64,000 nt of DNA, from the NCBI GenBank assembly GCA_024239035.1, contig JANBVK010000001.1:171010-235009 (forward strand), given 5' to 3'. Below are positions 36,828 through 47,400 of the stretch, piece after piece. Both the position numbers and the translations under genes were made by a program. This stretch comes from Patescibacteria group bacterium (GTDB taxonomy: Bacteria > Patescibacteriota > Minisyncoccia > UBA6257 > GWB1-50-10). A model generated the notes under the pieces. The model was not told where the DNA came from, made no database searches, and saw only the letters and a program-made list of their open reading frames with translations. The first letter of the stretch is position 1; each line of letters begins with the position of its first letter.

Positions 36828-38848
36828 GTTTTTGAAATTGCTTTGATATTAATTTTCTTGCTTAACACTCTGACTTCATCCCTCAAAATCGCTGCGAGTT
36901 CAAAATCTAAACGTTCTGCGGCCTCTTTCATCTCTTTCTCCTTTTTATTAAGAAGTTCGCGAATAGCTGTGCGCGACCTCGGCAGCGGTTTCGTCTCTAG
37001 TTCCAAAATATCCTCAACTGGAATGATGTCGCTGATTTTCTTAACAATTGTCTTTGGTGTAATTCCGTGTTTCTTATTATATGTAATCTGCAACTTACGC
37101 CGCCGATCGGTTTCATCTATTGCGCGTTTCACCGAACCGGTAATTTGGTCAGCATACATTATTACCTCACCCCGAACATTTCGTGCCGCCCGACCAATAG
37201 TTTGGACAAGAGATGTCTCACTCCTTAAAAATCCTTCTTTGTCAGCATCTAAAATCGCCACCAGAGATACTTCCGGCAAATCAAGCCCTTCCCGTAAAAG
37301 ATTTACTCCCACAAGCACGTCAAATCCGCCGGACTTAGCGGATCCTTTTCTTAAATTTGTTAAAATCTTTATGCGATCCAGAGTCTTCACATCACTGTGG
37401 AGGTAAGTAACCTTAATCTCCCGCTCCTCAAGATAGTTAGATAAATCCTCTGCCATACGTTTAGTGAGCGTTGTTACAAGCACTCTTTCTTTTATTTTCA
37501 CACGCTCTTCAATGCGCGGAATTAAATCATCAACTTGGCCGCGTGCGGGACAAATTGTTATCTTTGGGTCAACAAGGCCGGTCGGCCGAATAACCTGTTC
37601 TACAACCCCTCGACTTCGCTCAGGGTAAGTTTGCCCACTCTTCCTCAGTTCATACGGGCCGGGTGTTGCTGAGGTATAGATAACCTGCCCAATCCGATTC
37701 TCAAATTCATGAAATTTAAGTGGCCGGTTATCAGCAGCAGACGGCAATCTAAATCCATACTCAATAAGAGTTTTCTTCCGTGATGCGTCACCTTCAGACA
37801 TACCGTTCAACTGCGGAACGGTGACGTGCGACTCGTCAATCACAGTCAAGAAATCACCGTTATAGTAGTCCAGGAGCGTTGCAGGCGGTTCACCAGGGGC
37901 GCGGCCCGAGAGGTGACGTGAATAGTTCTCAATACCGTTGCAATACCCAATCTCTCGAAGCATTGAGAGATCCGCTCTTGTGCGACGCTCAAGCCGTTCA
38001 ACTTCAAGATATTTTTTTTCTTTCTCAAAATATTTCAATTGATTACTTAGTTCCTCTCTAATCACATTAAGAGCTCTTTCACGTTCTGGGCGCGGGGTTA
38101 TGAAATGTTTGGCAGGAGCAACGTAAACTTCTGAAAGTGTAGGAGTATTACCCGGTTGAAATCCCTTCACGGGATCTACTTCATAAATTTTTAGAATAGT
38201 ATCACTTCTTACCTCAAAATTATAAATAACTTCTCTATCCGGCGGCATAATTTCCCAGTTATCGCCTCGCAAGCGAAAAGTCCCTCTCTTCAAGTCAGCG
38301 TTCGTTCTTATAAATTGAAGTTCAATAAGTTTACGAGTAAATGCCTTACGATTAATAATGTCTCCTACTTTTAAGTGAAAAATATTCCGGGCATACACCT
38401 CGGGTGATCCCAAACCATAAATACATGAGACCGAGGCAACAACGATTACATCTTGACGCGTAAGTAAAGCCATTGTTGCCGCATGTCGAAGCTTGTCAAT
38501 TTCATCGTTAATCATCGCCTCCTTGCCTATGTAAGTGTCTGTATTAGGAAGATACGCCTCTGGTTGGTAATAATCATAGTAGGAAACAAAATAGTGCACG
38601 GCATTCTGAGGGAAAAGCTCACGAAATTCGTTGCAAAGTTGTGCCGCAAGAGTCTTGTTATGCGCAATAACAAGCGTAGGTTTATTCACTTTCTCAATTA
38701 CATTGGCAACCGTAAACGTCTTCCCGGAACCAGTAACCCCCAAAAGTGTCTGGTGCTTAAAGTTTTTCCCTAAACCCGAAACAAGCGCCTTTATCGCTTT
38801 AGGTTGATCCCCAGATGGTTTAAATTGAGAAGAAAGATTAAATCTCAT
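36824..38848 (-). CDS. uvrB: Excinuclease ABC subunit B
   Basis: LLGVTGSGKT, YFVSYYDYYQPEAY, DESH, QTIGRAARN and a C-terminal UVR motif. Confidence 0.97.
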   Translation of the reverse strand: MRFNLSSQFKPSGDQPKAIKALVSGLGKNFKHQTLLGVTGSGKTFTVANVIEKVNKPTLVIAHNKTLAAQLCNEFRELFPQNAVHYFVSYYDYYQPEAYLPNTDTYIGKEAMINDEIDKLRHAATMALLTRQDVIVVASVSCIYGLGSPEVYARNIFHLKVGDIINRKAFTRKLIELQFIRTNADLKRGTFRLRGDNWEIMPPDREVIYNFEVRSDTILKIYEVDPVKGFQPGNTPTLSEVYVAPAKHFITPRPERERALNVIREELSNQLKYFEKEKKYLEVERLERRTRADLSMLREIGYCNGIENYSRHLSGRAPGEPPATLLDYYNGDFLTVIDESHVTVPQLNGMSEGDASRKKTLIEYGFRLPSAADNRPLKFHEFENRIGQVIYTSATPGPYELRKSGQTYPERSRGVVEQVIRPTGLVDPKITICPARGQVDDLIPRIEERVKIKERVLVTTLTKRMAEDLSNYLEEREIKVTYLHSDVKTLDRIKILTNLRKGSAKSGGFDVLVGVNLLREGLDLPEVSLVAILDADKEGFLRSETSLVQTIGRAARNVRGEVIMYADQITGSVKRAIDETDRRRKLQITYNKKHGITPKTIVKKISDIIPVEDILELETKPLPRSRTAIRELLNKKEKEMKEAAERLDFELAAILRDEVRVLSKKINIKAISKT

Positions 38849-38964
38849 TATGTTTGAAGTAAAACTTGTAGAAATCGAGTTAAATAAATCGCAGTTCTAC
38901 TACTCGATCATGACGAACACGCAAAGACCCCCCGAAACAAGACTATAGGGGGACATATACGCCA

Positions 38965-38993
38965 AGTTTAGTTTCTAATACCCGAGAAGTCAA
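38965..38993 (-). promoter_or_regulatory. Sigma70-type promoter upstream of uvrB
   Basis: TTGACT-N17-TAAACT, about 115 nt before the uvrB ATG. Confidence 0.5.
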
Positions 38994-39045
38994 TGAAAGA
39001 AGCCCGCCAAACTTCTGACGGACTTAAAACATTAGACAAGACTGG

Positions 39046-39597
39046 TTAGCCCTCCCTAACTACTTCTGCTTTCCCTGGCATATAAGATTTCAATAAACGT
39101 CTCACAATTAAAACGGATACAAATGCTATTACCACAGCTCCTAAAATATCGCTTAGCCAATGAATACCGACAAACACTCTAGCCAAACTGTTCAAGGCTG
39201 AAAATCCTAAAAACCACCACCCCCAACGTCTTCCGTCAAAGGCGGAAAAGTAAAATATTGCTATTGATAGAGCGAAGAAAAATGCGGCATGACCCGACGG
39301 GAAAGAAGGATTAATATCCAGAATTAGTGGATTAAAATCTAAAACCTCAAAAGGTCTTGATCTATCATAAAAGAAACGGATCACCTCCGTAATAATGCCC
39401 CGCGAAAGAATAACGCTTAGCGCCAACGTTACAAAAACAAAAATTTTCTCTCTCAGGGGTTTTATGCGAAAAACAAAAATAAGAGCAACGATTACCAAAA
39501 TATATGGAAGGTGCTTAGCAAAAAAAATGGCCAAGCTGTCTAAAAAATACAACCGGCCGGCCAAAGAATGGATGATTTGAAAGAAAAAAAGATCCAT
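39046..39597 (-). CDS. PAP2-family phosphatase (undecaprenyl-diphosphatase BcrC-like)
   Basis: RSRPF, SFPSGH and ARVFVGIHWLSD motifs. ATG 39597 preferred over TTG 39627. Confidence 0.88.
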   Translation of the reverse strand: MDLFFFQIIHSLAGRLYFLDSLAIFFAKHLPYILVIVALIFVFRIKPLREKIFVFVTLALSVILSRGIITEVIRFFYDRSRPFEVLDFNPLILDINPSFPSGHAAFFFALSIAIFYFSAFDGRRWGWWFLGFSALNSLARVFVGIHWLSDILGAVVIAFVSVLIVRRLLKSYMPGKAEVVREG

Positions 39598-39647
39598 ACC
39601 AAATTTACTTGTGAGCAAAGCGAACAATCATAGATTAGACAAAACCC

Positions 39648-39848
39648 CTACTTCCTAACAAACGGTAATAGACCCATTATTCTCGCGCGCTTTATGGCTC
39701 GAGCCAGCTGGCGCTGGTGTTTTGCGCACACCCCCGTATGCCGTGGGTCAATAATCTTTGCCTGACTTGAAATATATCGTTTCAAAATATCAATGTCCCG
39801 ATAATCTATCGCTTTAACATTTTTAGAACAAAAATTACACTGTTTCAT
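39648..39848 (-). CDS. rpsR: 30S ribosomal protein S18 (zinc-binding type)
   Basis: [38 protein letters not shown]. Confidence 0.95.
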   Translation of the reverse strand: MKQCNFCSKNVKAIDYRDIDILKRYISSQAKIIDPRHTGVCAKHQRQLARAIKRARIMGLLPFVRK

Positions 39849-39879
39849 GCTGATAAGGTTTACTATCAGAGCAATCTCT

Positions 39880-40329
39880 TCAGAACTGTATATCCTCGGG
39901 TTTTATATCGTTATCATCAATATTAATCTCGGGTAAACTATCTTTTTCTCCGCCCTGATTTTGGGGAGAAGGAGTTCCTTGAGAAGGAATGTTCGCACCG
40001 GCCGACCGCGGCCCAAATTGAACTCGCTCGCAGATAACTTCTGTAGTTCTCCTATTTTGACCTTGATTATCCTGCCAGGTCCGGGTTTGCATTCGGCCTT
40101 CAATCATCGCCAAGCTGCCTTTTTTTAAAAACTGATTAACAATCTCTGCTTGGCGTCCCCATACCACCACATTATGAAATTGAACGTCTTCCTGGCGCTG
40201 ACCCGTTTTATTGGTCCAAACTCTGTTCGTAGCGAGCGATATAGTTGCCACTGACTGACCCGCCGGAGTAGTCCGTAGCTGCGGATCCCCCGTGAGACGC
40301 CCAATTAAAAATACTTTATTGAAATTCAT
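39880..40329 (-). CDS. ssb: Single-stranded DNA-binding protein
   Basis: [23 protein letters not shown] and acidic tail EDIQF; rpsF-ssb-rpsR synteny. Confidence 0.95.
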   Translation of the reverse strand: MNFNKVFLIGRLTGDPQLRTTPAGQSVATISLATNRVWTNKTGQRQEDVQFHNVVVWGRQAEIVNQFLKKGSLAMIEGRMQTRTWQDNQGQNRRTTEVICERVQFGPRSAGANIPSQGTPSPQNQGGEKDSLPEINIDDNDIKPEDIQF

Positions 40330-40334
40330 GAAAA

Positions 40335-40739
40335 CTATTGCGATATTTCTTCAATCTTCTTCTCAAGATCTTCGTTTGTTAAAACCGGCTCTAAAGACTT
40401 TCTGGTCTCAGCCTTTAGAGGTTCTCTTCTACTAATTGGTACAGCACGGGTTAATTTTCTCTCTCCTCTCTTCTCCACTTCACTGGTCTTAATCTTATTG
40501 ATCATGTAACGAATTATATTCTCTGCTAATTTCATATCAGAAAACATATTTCTTATATGTTCAGGATCAACCTTAAATCTAAAAACCCCTAAAAAACCAT
40601 AATTTTGCTTCTTTATGGGATATGATAAACGAACCTTTTTAAGTTCTTCTTCACCTACAATATCCGCTTTATTTTTTTCTAGAATCTTTCTTATCTCGGA
40701 TAAATCCTCCTGTCTCAAAACAAATGCGATCTCATACAT
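40335..40739 (-). CDS. rpsF: 30S ribosomal protein S6
   Basis: MYEIAF, LSYPIKK and IIRYMI motifs; synteny. Confidence 0.88.
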   Translation of the reverse strand: MYEIAFVLRQEDLSEIRKILEKNKADIVGEEELKKVRLSYPIKKQNYGFLGVFRFKVDPEHIRNMFSDMKLAENIIRYMINKIKTSEVEKRGERKLTRAVPISRREPLKAETRKSLEPVLTNEDLEKKIEEISQ

Positions 40740-40748
40740 AATTCCTAA

Positions 40749-40777
40749 AATCTATCAATATTTTGTTCTAAAGTCAA
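40749..40777 (-). promoter_or_regulatory. Sigma70-type promoter for rpsF-ssb-rpsR
   Basis: TTGACT-N17-TAGATT with extended TG, 9 nt before the ATG. Confidence 0.55.
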
Positions 40778-40789
40778 TTAGAAAAAATA

Positions 40790-43700
40790 TTAGGGGGTTC
40801 CTATCTCCTGAGGTTGTGGGATTAAATCGTCCTCACCCTCACTATCGGTAACTGGGGGATAAAACGTTTTCTTAAGCGTTTCCAGCTCATCCTCGGGAAT
40901 TCCCCGGTATCCGGTGCCAACAGGAATTAGTTTTCCAATGATAACGTTCTCTTTGAGCCCCCGGAGAATATCAGTCTTGCCGGCAACTGCAGCGTTCACT
41001 AACACTCTACTTGTCTCCTGAAAAGACGCCGCTGAAAGAAAACTCTCAGTGGTAAGAGATGTCCTTGTGATACCCAAAATTAATTGGGTACCTTTGGCAA
41101 CGGCTTTCCCTGTTTTTTTCACTTCTTGATTAACTTGCTTAAATTTAGATTTCTCAACCACGTCGCCAACCATAAAATCGGTATCCCCTGAGTCCTTAAT
41201 AAGTATCCGCGATAACATTTGGCGGACAATGATTTCTATGTGTTTATCGTTAATAGAAGTGCCCTCCGGAACGTAAATTTTCTGAACTTCATTTACAATA
41301 TAATGTTTCACGGCTTCAATGTCTCTATACATTAGAAGCTCCTTTAAATCCAAAGGCCCCTCACTAAGCGGCTGTCCCTTTACAACCATATCCCCTTCTT
41401 TAACATTTAAGTTAACGCCCGAGGGAACTGAATACTCGGAAATAGATTTTTTACTGTCTTTATCTTTTAGAGCAGTTTCCTTAACTTTAACAACTCGGGT
41501 AAGGCCTTGATCTTCAATAGATGCCACCCGACCATCAGCTTTGGCAATAAAAGCTTTTCCTTTAGGTGGTCTCGCTTCAAATATTTCCTCAACCCGGGGT
41601 AAACCGGCAGTAATATCAACTCCAGCTACTCCGCCTATGTGAAAAGTTCGCAGAGTAAGCTGTGTCCCCGGCTCGCCAATTGACTGGGCAGCAATGATAC
41701 CAACAGCCTCGCCTTTATTAATTAACTTTTCTGTAGAGAGATCCCAACCGTAACAAGTTGAACAAATGCCATAAAGGGTTTTACAAGTTATAGGGGAACG
41801 AACTTTTACCATCTCTATTTTTAAATCCTTTATCTCTTTAGCTTTCTCTCGACTAATAATCTCACCCGCTTTGACGATAATCTTACGACCGACTTTTACA
41901 TCTTCAAGACTGGTCCGCGAATAAAGACGTTCTCTGAAAGAATAACTGTATTCGTCTCCTTCGCTCTTTACTATTTCCATTCCTCGGCGAGTCTTGCAAT
42001 CAACCTCTTTAATAATCAAGTCTTGGGCAACATCCACTAAACGACGGGTAAGATATCCAGCCGAAGCGGTCTTTAAGGCAGTGTCAGTTGAGCCTTTCCG
42101 GGCGCCGTGAGTAGAAATAAAATATTCCAAAATTTTCAACCCCTCTTTGTATGACGACTTAATTGGCAACTCAATTGTCTCGTTCTTTGGGTTGCTCACA
42201 AGCCCTTTCATCCCCATTATCTGGTGTGATTGAGCCCAACTACCCCGAGCGCCGGAATCAATGATGGCGTATATAGGATTATAAGAATCTAATATAACCC
42301 GGTCCCCTATTTCTCCTTTAATCCTGGTCCAAACGTTAATAATGTTTTCTTTTCTCTCTTTTTCAGTTAAAAGTCCTTCATTGAACTGACTCTCAATCAA
42401 AGACACCTCCTTGTTTCCTTTCAATATTATATCTTCTTTTTCCTTGGGTGAAACAGTATCACCCATGCCCAAGCTAATTGAAGAAAGGGTAGCATAAACA
42501 AACCCAAGATCTTTCACGCGATCAAGATACCTGTGGGCGAAGTCGACCCCATATCTATTAATAACTTGAGTAACCACCGAGGAAAGTGAACCTTTATTAA
42601 GGTGCTCATTAACAAAACCGAATCCCTCGGGTAAAGACCGATTAAAGATAAGGCGGCCATAAGAAGTTTCTATAAGTTTCCCTTCCTGGAAAATTTTTAT
42701 CTCTGCATTTAAATCCAAAAGTCCCGTTTCATAAGCAAGGGTAGCTTCAGTAAAACTTGAGAGTACCATTCCTTCGCCCCGGCTACCCGGTTTTATTTGA
42801 GTCAAATAGTAACAACCGAGCACCGTGTCTTGGGTGGGAGAAACAATTGGATCGCCGCTTGCTGGTTTTAGAAGATTCCGAGCTGCATCCATCAAATTTC
42901 TGGCCTCGTATTGAGACTCCACCGTAAGCGGTAGGTGAACAGCCATCTGATCACCATCAAAATCAGCATTAAAAGCAGCACAAACCAAAGGAGGTATCCT
43001 GATGGCTAAATCTTCAATCAAGAGCGGCTTAAAAGCTTGAATACCAAGTCGGTGGAGCGTCGGAGCACGATTTAAAAGTATTTTCTTATTAGCAATAACC
43101 TCTTCAAGAATGGCCCAAATATCAGACGTGCCCTGCTCGATTAAGCGGTTTGCTTGCTTAATATTATAAGCCAAACCCCGCCCAATGATTTTATTAATAA
43201 CGAAGGGTTTAAAAAGCTCGAGAGCTAAATTTTTGGGCAAGCCGCATTCGTTAAGTTTAAGCTGCGGTCCAACTACAATCACTGACCGGCCCGAATAATC
43301 CACTCTTTTACCGAGTAAATTCTGACGAAAACGACCTTGTTTACCTTTCAGCATATCTGCCAAAGATTTTAAGGGACGCCGCCTGGTTGAAAGTATCTGC
43401 GTTCCTAAACTAGGTGAATTATCAATAAGCGCATCAACGGCTTCCTGCAACATCCTTTTTTCGTTGGTGATAATTACTTCCGGGGCTTTAAGATCAGTAA
43501 GCTTTTTTAAACGGTTATTACGATTGATGACCCGACGATAGAGATCGTTTAAGTCAGCGGTGGCATACCTACCGCCGTCTAAAGCCACCATCGGTCTGAG
43601 TTCCGGAGGTAAGATCGGCAAAACTGTGAGAATCATCCATTCTGGTCTGATACCAGCTTTAATTAAGGAACGAACAAGTCTTAGTCGCTGCAGAATGCGC

Positions 43701-44428
43701 CGTATTTTATTGGCATCTCTCAGCTTTTCTAATTCTTGATAAAGTTCCTTTACAACTTTCTCTAAATCCATCTTTTCTAAAATTTTTCGCAAAGCTTCAG
43801 CCCCCCGATCAGCCTCAAAAACGTCGCCAAACAGCTTGGCTAAAGAGTAATATTCCTGCTCAGTTAAAATAAGTCCCGGTCGGAGCACGGACAAAATTTC
43901 CTCATGCCGCTCTTTTACCTCTTCTAAATCTTGGGTATCGCCTTTTTCTTTCTTTAAAGATTTAAACTCTCGTTTGAGCTTTTCCAGAACCCGAGTCTTA
44001 CTCTCTTCATTAACCGAGGTAACAATAAATGCCGCGTAGTAGAGAACTTTTTCAAGTTTGGGGACGGAAATATCAAAAAGTAGACTAAGTTTTGAAGGAA
44101 CCGTTTTTAAAAACCAGATATGGGCAACTGGTGTCGCGAGTGTTATATGACCCATCCGCTCGCGACGGACAACGGATCGAGTTACTTCAACTCCGCACTT
44201 TTCACAAGTAATTCCTTTATACCTGACTTTCTTATACTTGCCGCAGTAACATTCATAGTCTTTGGTGGGACCGAAAATACGCTCAGAAAACAAACCATCT
44301 TTCTCTGGTCTCTGGGTTCGATAATTCAGGGTTTCCGGTTTTATCACTTCTCCGTGAGACCACTTAACAATCTCCTCGGGTGATGCCACCCGTATGGAAA
44401 TAGATTTTAAATCTAGGCTTCTATTCAT
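40790..44428 (-). CDS. rpoC: RNA polymerase beta' subunit
   Basis: Catalytic NADFDGDQM, GKRVDYSGRSVI, AAQSIGEPGTQLT and Zn-finger CYCGKYK motifs. Confidence 0.98.
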   Translation of the reverse strand: MNRSLDLKSISIRVASPEEIVKWSHGEVIKPETLNYRTQRPEKDGLFSERIFGPTKDYECYCGKYKKVRYKGITCEKCGVEVTRSVVRRERMGHITLATPVAHIWFLKTVPSKLSLLFDISVPKLEKVLYYAAFIVTSVNEESKTRVLEKLKREFKSLKKEKGDTQDLEEVKERHEEILSVLRPGLILTEQEYYSLAKLFGDVFEADRGAEALRKILEKMDLEKVVKELYQELEKLRDANKIRRILQRLRLVRSLIKAGIRPEWMILTVLPILPPELRPMVALDGGRYATADLNDLYRRVINRNNRLKKLTDLKAPEVIITNEKRMLQEAVDALIDNSPSLGTQILSTRRRPLKSLADMLKGKQGRFRQNLLGKRVDYSGRSVIVVGPQLKLNECGLPKNLALELFKPFVINKIIGRGLAYNIKQANRLIEQGTSDIWAILEEVIANKKILLNRAPTLHRLGIQAFKPLLIEDLAIRIPPLVCAAFNADFDGDQMAVHLPLTVESQYEARNLMDAARNLLKPASGDPIVSPTQDTVLGCYYLTQIKPGSRGEGMVLSSFTEATLAYETGLLDLNAEIKIFQEGKLIETSYGRLIFNRSLPEGFGFVNEHLNKGSLSSVVTQVINRYGVDFAHRYLDRVKDLGFVYATLSSISLGMGDTVSPKEKEDIILKGNKEVSLIESQFNEGLLTEKERKENIINVWTRIKGEIGDRVILDSYNPIYAIIDSGARGSWAQSHQIMGMKGLVSNPKNETIELPIKSSYKEGLKILEYFISTHGARKGSTDTALKTASAGYLTRRLVDVAQDLIIKEVDCKTRRGMEIVKSEGDEYSYSFRERLYSRTSLEDVKVGRKIIVKAGEIISREKAKEIKDLKIEMVKVRSPITCKTLYGICSTCYGWDLSTEKLINKGEAVGIIAAQSIGEPGTQLTLRTFHIGGVAGVDITAGLPRVEEIFEARPPKGKAFIAKADGRVASIEDQGLTRVVKVKETALKDKDSKKSISEYSVPSGVNLNVKEGDMVVKGQPLSEGPLDLKELLMYRDIEAVKHYIVNEVQKIYVPEGTSINDKHIEIIVRQMLSRILIKDSGDTDFMVGDVVEKSKFKQVNQEVKKTGKAVAKGTQLILGITRTSLTTESFLSAASFQETSRVLVNAAVAGKTDILRGLKENVIIGKLIPVGTGYRGIPEDELETLKKTFYPPVTDSEGEDDLIPQPQEIGTP

Positions 44429-44430
44429 AA

Positions 44431-47400
44431 TTACTCTAGTTTTTCAGCTTTTATATCATCTTCCCTACCATAATCAACGCTCAAGCCCAAGGATTTCAAT
44501 TCGCTAACTAGAACATTGAAAGATGCTGGGATGTTAGGTTTTTTGATGTCTTGACCGCGGATAATTGATTCAAAAGCAGCTGACCGCCCGATTATGTCGT
44601 CGGACTTAATAGTCAGCATTTCCTGGAGGGTGTGGGCGGCGCCATAACCTTCAAGTGCCCAAACCTCCATCTCACCAAAACGCTGACCACCAAGTTGAGC
44701 TTTCCCACCAAGCGGCTGCTGGGTAATTAAAGAATAAGGACCGGTTGAACGCATGTGAATTTTATCTTCAACTAAATGACTGAGCTTCATTATGTATATG
44801 TAGCCAACGGTAACCGGCCGATTAAAAGCTTTACCTGTTAAGCCGTCGTAGAGAGTAATCTTGCCGCTTGGAGGTAAACCAGCATTCACGAGTTCTTGTT
44901 TAATATCATCTTCAGACGCCCCAACAAAGTTGGGGACAACAGCTCTAAAACCAAGACGTTTAGCAGCAAAACCTAAGTGAGTTTCCAAAATCTGACCAAG
45001 ATTCATTCGGGAAATCACCCCCAAGGGGTTTAGAATAACGTCAACCGGCGTACCATCCTCTAAATAAGGCATGTCTTCAACGGGGCGAATTTGAGAAATG
45101 ACTCCTTTATTCCCATGGCGGCCGGTTAATTTATCACCAGCCATAATCTTTCTAATCTGGGCTACCTCAATTTGTATTTTCTTAATAATACCCGGTTCTA
45201 GTTTATCACCCTTATCCCTTGAGAAAATCTTAATACCTATAATCCTACCCTGCTTACCGTGGGGTAGAGTAAGTGAGGTATCTTTAACATCGCGGGCTTT
45301 CTCACCGAAGATAGCCCGGAGAAGCCGTTCCTCAGAATTAAGCTCAGACTCGCCTTTTGGCGAAATTTTTCCGACCAAAATATCGTTAGAGCGGACCTCA
45401 GCCCCAATCCGAACGATGCCCTCCTCATCTAAATTCCTAAGTTTTTCTTCGGCAACATTCGGGATATCCGGCGTGGTTAACTCCGGTCCCAGCTTTGTAT
45501 CCCGAACCGAACAAACCGAAGTTTCGATGTGAATAGACGTAAATAAATCATCTTTTTGAACACGCTCGGAGAGAATAATTGCATCCTCAAAATTTCCTCC
45601 ATGCCAGGGCATAAAAGCGACCAGTAGATTTTGACCCAACGCGAGTAAACCCCCTTCCGTAGCGGGACCGTCGGCTAAAAGAGTTCCTTTTTTAACCCTG
45701 TCCCCGACGCTCACTACTGGCTTCTGAGAAAGACAGGTAGATTGATTGGAACGTTTAAATTTTGAAATCGGGAAAATTTTTTCTTTAGAGTCGGCTTTAA
45801 TAACAATTGACTCTCCATCCACCAAACTAACAACTCCTTCAATATCAGAGATCACTACTTGTTTAGAGTCTCTAGCAGCTTTTTCTTCCTGACCTGTTCC
45901 AACAAGCGGCGCTTGAGGAAGAATAGACGGCACAGATTGACGTTGCATGTTCGAACCCATTAGTGCTCGGTTCGCGTCGTTGTGCTCTAGAAACGGTATA
46001 AGCGAAGTAGAGACACTGATAAACTGATCAGGTGATACATCGATGAAATCAAGTTCATCCCGCGAACAATTTCCAGGTTTCCCTTTGATCCTTGATGGAA
46101 TCCGTTTTTTTATAATAAGGTTCTTCTCGTCAGTTTTAATATCAGCTTGACCGATGTTGTATCTTTGCTCCTCTACCGCATCAAACCATACTATCTTATT
46201 CGTCACCCGGCCCTTTTCAACCTTAAAATAAGGCGCTTCCAAAAACCCCAGCTCATTAACCCTTGCATAGTTCGCTAAGTAGTTGACCAACCCAATGTTT
46301 GCTCCCTCAGGAGTCTGAATTGGACAAACACGGCCATAATAAGAAGGATGAACATCTCTAACTTCAAAGCCAGCCCGCTCGCGAGTAAGCCCTCCCGGAC
46401 CCATCGCCGACAGACGCCGCTTATGTTCGAGCTCAGCCAATGGATTTACTTGGTCCATAAACTGAGAGAGTTGAGAAGAAGTAAATAGGTCTCTTACAAC
46501 GGCTGTCAGCACTTTATAATTAACCAGTTGAGCTGGTTGAAAATTTTTTCTGTCTAATGTTGACATCCTGTCCTGAACGCCTCGGCGCATCCTCGCAAAC
46601 CCCACCCTTAATCTTGCTTGAACTAATTCACCGACGGCTCGAATGCGACGATTCCCTAAATGATCAATATCATCCGCCTCAGCATACTTATCATTGTTCA
46701 AGCGAATAATCTCTTTCACCATCGCCACTATATCCCCCAGATCTAAAACCCCTCCCTTCTTTTTCTTTAAACCAAGCCGCTGATTAAATTTAAACCTGCC
46801 CACCGCACCCAAATCATAACGATCAAAACGCTGAAACATTGGCTCAATAAGAGATCGGGCGTTATCAGCGGTTGCTAGATCTCCGGGCCTTAACCGTTTA
46901 TAAATTTCAACAAATGATTCATCAACGGTTTTCGTTTCGTCCTTATCAAGTGTCGCTTTAATATGTTCAACTTCACCGGTATCAACGCCTTTGAAAGTTC
47001 TAATTATTGCTTCGTTTGTTTCAAGCCCAAAAATTCTAAGAAGTTGTGTCACGGGCGCTTTGCGTTTCCGGTCAATTTTAACGCTGATTAAACCGCTCGC
47101 ATCGGTTTCGAGCTCAATCCACGAACCGCGGCTCGGAATAACTTTCGCGCCAAAAAGTTTCTTTCCTTTAAAAACACTAGCCGTGAAGTAAACGCCGGCA
47201 GAACGAATAAGTTGGGAAATTACCACCCGCTCAACACCGTTAATAATAAATGTTCCCCTCTCCGTCATTATTGGGAAATCTCCAAGATAGACCTCCTGAG
47301 TCCTAACTTGTTTAGCTACTTTATCAACTAACTTAAGGTTAACTCTGAGAGCGGCTTCATAAGTTTGGTCTTTCTCTTTGGCCTGATTCTCGGTGTATTT

